The notes below the pieces were generated by a model that saw only the letters and a list, made by a program, of their open reading frames with translations, was not told the DNA's origin and did not search any database. A stretch of 20,000 nt of DNA from an uncultured virus (IMG/VR IMGVR_UViG_3300042898_003801) (Duplodnaviria > Heunggongvirae > Uroviricota > Caudoviricetes). The stretch covers positions 55,034-75,033 of IMG/VR virus record IMGVR_UViG_3300042898_003801; one strand, written 5' to 3'. The translations under genes and the position numbers were made by a program. Position 1 is the first letter of the stretch. Every line of letters starts with the position of its first letter. Below are positions 8,473 to 16,266 of the stretch, in pieces.

Positions 8473-11400
8473 TGTTAGTACAAGACCTATTTGAAAATCG
8501 CACGAATGATGCATACAAGGTATTTCAGCAACTGGCTGTTGCAGTGAATCGTAGTCAAGACATTGATTTAAAAATAGGTCGCGAAATGATGCCTATTGCT
8601 TATTGGCAAGCCAGACATTTGTTGGGTCAATACAAAAGCATTGTTAAAAATCAAGGTCCAGATGCTGGCATGACATTTTTGTCTGATTACAACACAATCT
8701 CTGCAGCATTGGATGCCATGGATGCTAAACTGGCCAGTTATAAAAATATTGGATCTGTGCCAGGTCAACGTGGTGTGGCCGAAAATGAAGAACAAAACCC
8801 AGTGGCCGGTGCTATCACTAGAAGGATACTGACACAACGCACAGACTTATTGAGCAAGTATGGCCCTGTGTTGGTAACACAGGCCATTGATGATGTTGCA
8901 GACTTTGTGGGTGATACAGAAGAAATTGGCTCCAGTGACGTCAGCGGTTGGGTTCAGCAAGTTGAACGAGCATTGGCCCGAATGGGTCAAGATCTAGGCG
9001 AAGCAGGCAGAAACTATCATGCAAATCGCACAGGCTTTGCTCGTGGTGCAAGAGATCCTGAAGGTCAGGACCCTGCACCTGATACACGTACCTGGTATAT
9101 TCGTCTCAATGGCAAACTCATTAGAGACAAACAGGGCAATCCATATTCATTCCGCGATAAAGCTGCCGCAAACAAAGCCGCATTAACAATGCAGGCCAAA
9201 CTGTTCAATCAGGGCAAAGAATTTGTGTTGACTACCAATCCCAATGATCCACAACAGGGCATGGATGAAGGTTGGAAAGAAACACTAGGTACAGCCGCAT
9301 TAACTGGTGCAATGGCATTGGGTTCTGCTGGTGCACAGGCTAGAGTAACCCCTGACGGACAAGGTGGGTTTACTGGTGGATTGAAACCAAGTGCAACAGT
9401 AACTGCACCCGCAGATAATAAACCGGCGGCAGAAACACCAAAAGGTTTTAGCAAAGAATATCTACAAAAGGCAGCAGATCCTAATCGCACTGGTAGATAT
9501 ATGATTAGTGTTGAAAGAGCACAAGAACTATTAAAAGGCATGCAAGAAGGCATGGCGGAAGGCGAAAAAGATACCAGCCGGATGAATAAACAAAGTCAAG
9601 ACTTCTACAATAAAAATCCAAACTTTAAACGTGATGATAGAGAAACCAAAAGTCTAGGCAACAATAGATTGGCCACCCGAGTCGACCCCACAGGAGGCCT
9701 GCCAAAAGTTGCAAAGAAAGCAATGACTCCATTTCGATCTATGGCTCAGGAAGATGCCAGGCCAGGCCCGTTAGAGCAGACTACCAAACACACTCAAAAA
9801 AAAACCGTTGACCAACTGAATCATCTACAGGCCTTGAATGGGCTTGATGAAACAGTGAGCCTTATGCGGGCTGCTAATCGACGTGTGACAGAAAACTTGA
9901 ATCTAATAAACGGTATTCAAGATGTAACGCAAGATCTAGACAGTCAATTTGATATCATTGAAGACTGGATTGGTGCACTGGCCAAACAACTCAGTGTTGA
10001 TCCTGAACAAATTTGGGAAGATTTTGAATCAGTAGATGATGAGACACTGCTGGAAACTGCGGCTTGGCAAAAGAAATCTGGCAAGAACAAAACTGGTGGA
10101 TTAAATGCCAAAGGTGTGGCCAGCTATCGTAGAGAACATCCTGGTAGTAAACTACAGACTGCAGTCACTACCAAGCCCAGTAAACTCAAACCAGGCAGCA
10201 AGGCTGCCAAACGCCGTAAGAGTTTCTGCGCCAGAATGTCAGGTGTCAAAGGTCCAATGAAAAAGCCCAATGGCAAACCAACTCGTAAAGCCTTGGCCTT
10301 ACGCAAGTGGAATTGTCACGAAAGTGTGATGGAAGCTGCAAATGCTGCACAACAGGCGGCCATTGCCATTGCCATGAAGAAAGCAGGCAAGAAACCCAAA
10401 GGCATGTCTGAAGACTGGAGCCAAAAGTACAAGAGCAGTATCAACTGTAGTCATCCCAAGGGCTTCTCGCAAAAGGCTCACTGCGCCGGCAAGAAAAAAC
10501 ACACGGAAAGTGTTGAAATGGAGATGACTTGCCCTGACTGTGGCATGTGTGAAACTCATGTAGACCATACTAATTTAGATGAAGCTTGTTGGAAAGGTTA
10601 TCACAAAGAAGGTAACAAAAAAATGTTTGGTAAAACATATCCCAATTGTGTGAAGAATGAAGATATTGAAGAAGATAATTCTAGAATTGCAAGAAAACCA
10701 GGACAACCTGCTAATAGTAAAAAGCATAGCGATTTATACACAGATGAAAATCCTAAAGGAACTATCACTGGTTTAAAATTTGCTACAGCAGAGGATGCTA
10801 GAGCCAGTGTGTCAAAGATCCGTAACAGTGGTCGTAGTCACGCACATAAGATCCAAGCCGCAGTGGCAATGGAACAACGTGCTAAGGCTGCAGGAAAATC
10901 TGAGGCAGCGTCGGTATATAGAAAATATATAAATGCTACTAAGAAAACTGACGAGGGTATAGATTTAGAAGAAGCCTGCTGGGATACACATAAGCAAGTA
11001 GGTATGAAAAACAAAGGTGGTAAACAAGTTCCTAACTGTGTTCCAAAAGAAAGTGTACAAGAACAACAGTCACATAGTGAAAGTTGCCCGCATTGTGGTG
11101 GCGAGATGGTCAGTGAAGAATTGATGAACGAAAAGAAAGATGCTTGCTACTACAAAGTTAAGAGTCGTTACAAAGTATGGCCCAGTGCTTATGCCAGTGG
11201 TGCATTAGTTAAATGCCGCAAGAAAGGTGCAAGCAACTGGGGCAATAAAACCACAGAAAGTCTAGTGCAAGAACTGGAAGAAAATCTACATGACTGGTTC
11301 AACAAGGAAAAATGGGTGCGCATGGACACCAAAGGCAATATCAAAGGCGACTGTGCTCGAGAGCCTGGCGAAGGCAAACCCAAATGCCTGCCGGCTGCCA

Positions 11401-11726
11401 AGGCACATGCACTAGGCAAAAAAGGTCGTGCTAGTGCAGCTCAACGCAAGCGCAGACAAGATCCTAATCCAGAGCGTAGTGGTAAGGCCATAAATGTTGC
11501 CACCAAAGAAGATGTATCAGAGCAAGGCTCCGCTGATTGGCCGTTTGAAGCTCTCAACGAACTTTCAAACGAAAAGTTAACACAATACAAACGTGCTGCC
11601 GCAGCCGATGCAGGCAAATCAGACCTAGAAGGCAACTTCAAACGTGCTGACAAACGTTTTGGTGGTATTGTACAAGCAACTAAAAAACAGTTTGCCAACG
11701 ATGTTAAAAAATACCAACCACAATGA
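8472..11726 (+). CDS. 1084-aa modular protein made of many short basic or Cys-containing modules separated by acidic [LIVM]xE linkers (putative internal head polyprotein)
   Basis: N-terminus MLVQDLFE. Linkers GVAE, DLGE, GMDE, GMAE, GLDE, LLE, VME, GMSE, NLDE, DIEE, DLEE, LMNE, LEE and LNE. Modules include 'AAWQKKSGKN...RRKSFCARM...LRKWNC' (DUF6321-like, from memory), two CW...PNCV repeats, CPxCG knuckles and 'KKDACY...WPSAYASG' / 'LHDWF..EKWV...KPKCLP' (DUF5872-like, from memory). Confidence 0.7.
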   Translation: MLVQDLFENRTNDAYKVFQQLAVAVNRSQDIDLKIGREMMPIAYWQARHLLGQYKSIVKNQGPDAGMTFLSDYNTISAALDAMDAKLASYKNIGSVPGQRGVAENEEQNPVAGAITRRILTQRTDLLSKYGPVLVTQAIDDVADFVGDTEEIGSSDVSGWVQQVERALARMGQDLGEAGRNYHANRTGFARGARDPEGQDPAPDTRTWYIRLNGKLIRDKQGNPYSFRDKAAANKAALTMQAKLFNQGKEFVLTTNPNDPQQGMDEGWKETLGTAALTGAMALGSAGAQARVTPDGQGGFTGGLKPSATVTAPADNKPAAETPKGFSKEYLQKAADPNRTGRYMISVERAQELLKGMQEGMAEGEKDTSRMNKQSQDFYNKNPNFKRDDRETKSLGNNRLATRVDPTGGLPKVAKKAMTPFRSMAQEDARPGPLEQTTKHTQKKTVDQLNHLQALNGLDETVSLMRAANRRVTENLNLINGIQDVTQDLDSQFDIIEDWIGALAKQLSVDPEQIWEDFESVDDETLLETAAWQKKSGKNKTGGLNAKGVASYRREHPGSKLQTAVTTKPSKLKPGSKAAKRRKSFCARMSGVKGPMKKPNGKPTRKALALRKWNCHESVMEAANAAQQAAIAIAMKKAGKKPKGMSEDWSQKYKSSINCSHPKGFSQKAHCAGKKKHTESVEMEMTCPDCGMCETHVDHTNLDEACWKGYHKEGNKKMFGKTYPNCVKNEDIEEDNSRIARKPGQPANSKKHSDLYTDENPKGTITGLKFATAEDARASVSKIRNSGRSHAHKIQAAVAMEQRAKAAGKSEAASVYRKYINATKKTDEGIDLEEACWDTHKQVGMKNKGGKQVPNCVPKESVQEQQSHSESCPHCGGEMVSEELMNEKKDACYYKVKSRYKVWPSAYASGALVKCRKKGASNWGNKTTESLVQELEENLHDWFNKEKWVRMDTKGNIKGDCAREPGEGKPKCLPAAKAHALGKKGRASAAQRKRRQDPNPERSGKAINVATKEDVSEQGSADWPFEALNELSNEKLTQYKRAAAADAGKSDLEGNFKRADKRFGGIVQATKKQFANDVKKYQPQ
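10587..11042 (+). repeat. two copies of a 22-aa C-W-x16-P-N-C-V module (10587-10652 and 10977-11042)
   Basis: CWKGYHKEGNKKMFGKTYPNCV and CWDTHKQVGMKNKGGKQVPNCV, each directly after an L-D/E-E-A linker. Confidence 0.8.
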
Positions 11727-13210
11727 GAGCACAAGAGTTTGTTAACGAAGTCAACATAGACAATCGCACAGGCGCAGGATCTGTGCCATGGAATCAGGAA
11801 GTTGATTATCGTGGTCTGCGTGTGGCAATGAAGCCCAGTACATTTTTACGACTGGCATTACCGCTCACAGATCAAGACAACAGCAGAATGGAACGGCACA
11901 TTGGTACAGGTGGTACCATTGGTGCTCCATTTTTAGATATTGTTGTGCCCGAAGCATGGCAGTCCGGCGATTTCAGCGAACCAGCACAGGTCAAAGGGCA
12001 TGATGGCCGTCATAGAATGCAGGCCATATCAAAGCTGGAAGGAGACGCACCTGTGGAAACACATTTGTTTCCTAAATATCTGCGCAATCGTGATTTGACT
12101 CCGGAAATAGTCCAACGCCTACAAGCAGGCATGGTCACGCAATCTGGTCGCTACATGCCAGGTCCGTTGTTTGATGTCGATTTTAAATCTGTATCACGCC
12201 CTGATACAGAACTAGCAGAAGGCCTGGAAAAGTTTAATTACGAAGTCTTGCGTCCAGGATTCCGTTGGAGTGAAGAAATCAATGGTATCACATATCTAGT
12301 ACGTACTCAATGGGATAACATGCCCGAAGTCATAGCAAGAATCAACAACCGAGAAGTGGGCCGTGTTACATTTATCAAGCATGACACTCGCACAGCTTTA
12401 GAAAGTGTCAGTACGTATGTGAGCCCAAAATGGCAAGGGCATGGTATAGCCAAAAACATGTATGCGGTCATGCGTATGCTGGGTGCCAATATTTGGCCCA
12501 GTGGCGCACAAACTGCCATGGGCAAGAACATGTGGGCCAAATGGAAAAAGCACAGTGACGTCAAACATTTGACCAGCATGAATGCAAAAATAGATCAGCC
12601 GGGTGTGGCAGAAGCCTTTGATCAACCTTATTCCATTAAATGGGAGAAAAGTGAACATGGTGACTATGATGCATTAGCCACACTAGATGATGGATCATAT
12701 CTGCATGTCATGTTTGAACATACCACACCGTATGAAGTTAATGTTTCGTTTTGGAGAAACAACAGTTTAGAAACCACAGGCAATGGTGATTCTCAACGAG
12801 TATTTGCCACAGTACTAACAGCTATAAAACAGTTTCTAAAAACTGAACAACCAGCAAACATAGCATTTTCAGCCAGCAAAGATGTTGAACCAGGACAAAA
12901 TAGTATGAGTCGGTCAAAATTATACAGCAGATTGGTTCAACGATATGCCACTGCTTGGGGATATAAATCAAATGCGTTTGATCATGGTGATGAAATTGTT
13001 TATGAATTGAGCAGAATAAAACCAATTGTTAAGACAGTAGGAGAAAACTTTGCCGACGGCAAAGGTCCAGGTCGACCTGGTGATAGTCAAAGACACGGTA
13101 TTCCTAAAAAAGCCACCATGGCTGAACTAGAAAAGGCCTCGCATGCCAAAGGTCGCAAAGGACAACTGGCTCGCTGGCAATTAAACATGCGTAGAGGGCG
13201 TAAGAAATGA
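11723..13210 (+). CDS. 495-aa modular protein: ParB/Srx-like domain + GNAT-like domain + uncharacterised domain + basic C-terminal module
   Basis: N-terminus MRAQEFVNE. 'GHDGRHRM' is the ParB/Srx DGxHR motif. 'YVSPKWQGHGIAKNMY' matches the GNAT acetyl-CoA motif V-x-P-x-x-R/Q-G-x-G. Domains are bounded by ELAE, GVAE and VGE. Confidence 0.65.
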   Translation: MRAQEFVNEVNIDNRTGAGSVPWNQEVDYRGLRVAMKPSTFLRLALPLTDQDNSRMERHIGTGGTIGAPFLDIVVPEAWQSGDFSEPAQVKGHDGRHRMQAISKLEGDAPVETHLFPKYLRNRDLTPEIVQRLQAGMVTQSGRYMPGPLFDVDFKSVSRPDTELAEGLEKFNYEVLRPGFRWSEEINGITYLVRTQWDNMPEVIARINNREVGRVTFIKHDTRTALESVSTYVSPKWQGHGIAKNMYAVMRMLGANIWPSGAQTAMGKNMWAKWKKHSDVKHLTSMNAKIDQPGVAEAFDQPYSIKWEKSEHGDYDALATLDDGSYLHVMFEHTTPYEVNVSFWRNNSLETTGNGDSQRVFATVLTAIKQFLKTEQPANIAFSASKDVEPGQNSMSRSKLYSRLVQRYATAWGYKSNAFDHGDEIVYELSRIKPIVKTVGENFADGKGPGRPGDSQRHGIPKKATMAELEKASHAKGRKGQLARWQLNMRRGRKK

Positions 13211-13284
13211 GACACAATGAATACCCAGTGTATCCTGAAGACGACGGCTACGATAGATTTAAAAATCCTTATAGTCCAGTCTAA
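13207..13284 (+). CDS. small ORF, 25 aa (MRHNEYPVYPEDDGYDRFKNPYSPV)
   Basis: ATGA overlap with the upstream stop, and its own stop lies 2 nt before the next ATG. It exactly fills the gap but is below the ORF-track cut-off. Confidence 0.55.
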   Translation: MRHNEYPVYPEDDGYDRFKNPYSPV

Positions 13285-13286
13285 CA

Positions 13287-13871
13287 ATGAATCTAGTTTA
13301 TATTCACGGTGCCAGTGCCACAGGAGAAAGTTTTAATTATATCCGAGAACATGTCGGCGGATCTGACATAGTTTTAGAATACAACAGTGCTGACGGATTC
13401 AAGCACAATCTTGATGCCATGCTGGCGCAGTTACATGATGTCAACAATATATTTTTTGTTGCACACAGTTTGGGCGGAATCTATGCACTGCATTTGGCCA
13501 ATTTAATACCCAATCAGGTCCTGGGTGCAATAACACTAAGCACACCCTATGGCGGTGCCGAAACTGCAGATTTTGCCAAGTATTTTTTACCCTTCAGCAG
13601 ACTGTTAAAAGACATAGGTCCGCACAGTTGGCCCATGCGTCAAGCAGATCAAATTGAAATACATCATCCCTGGACCAACATAGTCACAGTCAAAGGTAGT
13701 GCGGCCTGGATCATGGGACCAAACGACGGCATTGTCACTGTGGCCAGTCAACGGCATCATGATCAGGGAATGGAACTGATTGAAGTTGATTATAATCACT
13801 ACGAAGTGGTGCTCAGTGACCAAGTTATTGCTATTATACAAGATAAAATAGCCGCGATAAATAATAGCTAG
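13287..13871 (+). CDS. alpha/beta hydrolase (lipase/esterase-like)
   Basis: Oxyanion 'YIHGA', nucleophile elbow 'VAHSLGG', 'STPYGG', 'NDGIV' (Asp) and 'NHYE' (His). Confidence 0.85.
   Translation: MNLVYIHGASATGESFNYIREHVGGSDIVLEYNSADGFKHNLDAMLAQLHDVNNIFFVAHSLGGIYALHLANLIPNQVLGAITLSTPYGGAETADFAKYFLPFSRLLKDIGPHSWPMRQADQIEIHHPWTNIVTVKGSAAWIMGPNDGIVTVASQRHHDQGMELIEVDYNHYEVVLSDQVIAIIQDKIAAINNS
13858..13863 (+). promoter_or_regulatory. T4-like late promoter core (ATAAATA)
   Basis: GATAAATA at the end of the hydrolase gene, 19 nt before ATG 13883. Confidence 0.5.
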
Positions 13872-13882
13872 CACCAAAGATT

Positions 13883-15868
13883 ATGAAACTCTACCACTTT
13901 TTACCCGAACAAGCTGACCTTGACGAAGCAGCCATGAACCCCACGGAATTTGACCGTGCAGTTGCACAAGGACAGCAGGCTGGTGTGTTGGTGGGTTTTG
14001 AGTTTGAAGTGCATGTACCAGAAGCCACAATCACAGGTGCTGACCCGGAAATAAACAAAGAAGATGACAAATACTCCATGTCAAACTTTCAACCTATGTT
14101 TGAAGAGTGGGTTGATAACACTGAGCTAGAAGCCTTTTCACCTGATCAGTTTGACAATTTGTTTGCATTTAAACAACCCATAAATGGCTTTGATAACATG
14201 CAGACTGCTGCCATGCAAATGACAGAGCAAAAACTTGCAAAGATACGAGAAGTATTTGATCAAATCCCAGAAAAAATCAGAGCCGACACAATTGAACACG
14301 TTCGCCGAGAATATCCAAGAAATCGTATTCCTCGAGACCTGTCACCAACTAGCCAACTTAGATTTTTTAAACGATTTGCCGTCCGCATTTATTATTACAA
14401 TAACAAACCTAAAACTAACCAACTGGCCTCGTTAATCACACATTTCAGTAATTTCAGCTGGGAAGATTTAATGAGTTTTGTGTATGCCGGCACAGTGGTA
14501 GACCAGGGCAGTCGATCAGGAAATGCTGTTCAGATATCCGGCAACTTTGATCAGTATTTTGAATTTAAAACATCCATGGCAGAAGTATGGGATGACTTGA
14601 ATTTAGATGAGTACGAAGATTACGATGATGACTACGAAGATGATGATGACGAAGATTATAACAAAGCAGTCAGCATACTGGTTCCGTCGCTGGAACAAAT
14701 GACCGGTCGCAAGGTCAATGTATTTCATAGCTATCACCAAAAACCAAAAAATCTTACCGACTGGTACATTGAACCAGACGGCAGTTTAGAAACAGATAAC
14801 AGTGGTGATGCCAGTTGCGAAATTGTCAGTCCGCCTTTGCCAGCAGTAGAAGCTGTGGGTGCGTTGAAAAGTTTTTATGGCCTGGCAAAACAACTGCGCC
14901 TGTACACCAACTCAACCACCGGCCTGCACATCAATGTCAGCATACCGGGCAATTTAGATGTGCTTAAATTGGCAGTGTTTTTAGGCGACCAGTATGTGTT
15001 AAAGTACTTTGGCCGCGAAAACAGCAGCTACGCTCGCAGTGCTGAAAGATCAATAGTGAGCAGAGCCACCGGTGCAGTCAAAGTTACAGCACCCAGAGGT
15101 AAAAAACCCAATCCAATTGGTCAACCCAGAACCACTGTCAGCATTGATATGGCAAAATTAAATGCCATGGCCAAGGATGCCACACAAGGTCATACAGCCA
15201 GTATCAGCAACAACGGCAAATACTTCAGCTTCAGGCATGCAGGCGGCAACTACCTGGCAGACTTTGCAGGCATTTACAACTCAGTGGGACGCTTTATTCG
15301 TGCCATGATCATTGCCAGTGATCCTGCACTGTACCGACAAGAATATCTGGCCAAACTGGCCAAACTAACTGGTGGACCAACAGGTACTGTGCCAAATGCT
15401 GATACTGAACAAATGATCAGCTATCTCAGAACCAACGGAATGCCTGTGGTGTCCATGGACATAATGAGATCCAAGAAAAATCGCAGCATGGATAAAGTTG
15501 CTCAAGATGCATTCAGAGGAGCATTTAATGTTGGTTGGAAAGCAGAGTATGCAGAGTTTATGACTGTGGTTCCCAACAGCGCCAGTGCCAAAACAAATCT
15601 ACTGGCTAAATTTAATGCCCCAGCTAGAAAACAAAAAGCAGAGGAATCTGATCTAAGTAATTTTGCTGAAATTACAATAGCACCGCCTAACATTCGATCA
15701 CTGAAAAACATGATGGCCGCTGACTTTCCACCAGGTGTGAATACATTTGACTCCGGTTTTGATACTGCTGGCTATTATCTGCGCAGGAAAGAATGGAGTC
15801 CTCCTACAGATCCACGCACACAAACACTTATTAAACAACTTTTGCGTAAAAAGTTTCCAAAAAAATGA
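13883..15868 (+). CDS. second amidoligase (COOH-NH2 ligase)-like protein
   Basis: 'VGFEFEV', an acidic insert, 'IEPDGSL', 'CEIVSPPL', 'TGLHINVS', 'FSFRHAGG' and 'DPALYRQEYLAKL'. It is collinear with the central domain of 2511..6938. Confidence 0.75.
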   Translation: MKLYHFLPEQADLDEAAMNPTEFDRAVAQGQQAGVLVGFEFEVHVPEATITGADPEINKEDDKYSMSNFQPMFEEWVDNTELEAFSPDQFDNLFAFKQPINGFDNMQTAAMQMTEQKLAKIREVFDQIPEKIRADTIEHVRREYPRNRIPRDLSPTSQLRFFKRFAVRIYYYNNKPKTNQLASLITHFSNFSWEDLMSFVYAGTVVDQGSRSGNAVQISGNFDQYFEFKTSMAEVWDDLNLDEYEDYDDDYEDDDDEDYNKAVSILVPSLEQMTGRKVNVFHSYHQKPKNLTDWYIEPDGSLETDNSGDASCEIVSPPLPAVEAVGALKSFYGLAKQLRLYTNSTTGLHINVSIPGNLDVLKLAVFLGDQYVLKYFGRENSSYARSAERSIVSRATGAVKVTAPRGKKPNPIGQPRTTVSIDMAKLNAMAKDATQGHTASISNNGKYFSFRHAGGNYLADFAGIYNSVGRFIRAMIIASDPALYRQEYLAKLAKLTGGPTGTVPNADTEQMISYLRTNGMPVVSMDIMRSKKNRSMDKVAQDAFRGAFNVGWKAEYAEFMTVVPNSASAKTNLLAKFNAPARKQKAEESDLSNFAEITIAPPNIRSLKNMMAADFPPGVNTFDSGFDTAGYYLRRKEWSPPTDPRTQTLIKQLLRKKFPKK

Positions 15869-16266
15869 GAGCAAGTGAATTTTTAATTGAAGCCACTGAT
15901 CCAGGGTTTGTGGGATTTATGAACAAAAGCCTGGGCGATCGTGTTGATACGGCGCGACCAGACCCATTGGCCGGTGCTCCGGACTGGTATAAAAATACAC
16001 CAGTACAAGATTTCAAAGCCGACAGTCATTGGGGTCGTGCAGCCTTGTGGGGGCTACGAGTATTGGCCAAAGTTGAGCCTGACGCCAGAGCTGCGTTGGC
16101 CCAAGCTGGTGAAGATGCCATAGTATCATACCTAGAAAAAGTTGCCAAGGCCACGGGTGCTTATAGAAAATTTAAATTTGCAGAAGAAGACATTTGGGAA
16201 TCTCAGGACTACCTGGATGAAATATTCCATGACCCCAACATAACTAGTTGGACACAGGTTATATAA
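15865..16266 (+). CDS. hypothetical putative internal head protein (133 aa)
   Basis: Starts MRASEFLIE (CTS-like), with ATGA and TAATG coupling. Confidence 0.65.
   Translation: MRASEFLIEATDPGFVGFMNKSLGDRVDTARPDPLAGAPDWYKNTPVQDFKADSHWGRAALWGLRVLAKVEPDARAALAQAGEDAIVSYLEKVAKATGAYRKFKFAEEDIWESQDYLDEIFHDPNITSWTQVI

Noticed and set aside
14600..14660. GAT/GAC/GAA-rich low-complexity tract (and the GGN-rich tract at about 1020-1072)
   Set aside because: These encode Asp/Glu-rich and Gly-rich protein linkers. They are not a CRISPR array or a DNA-level tandem repeat.
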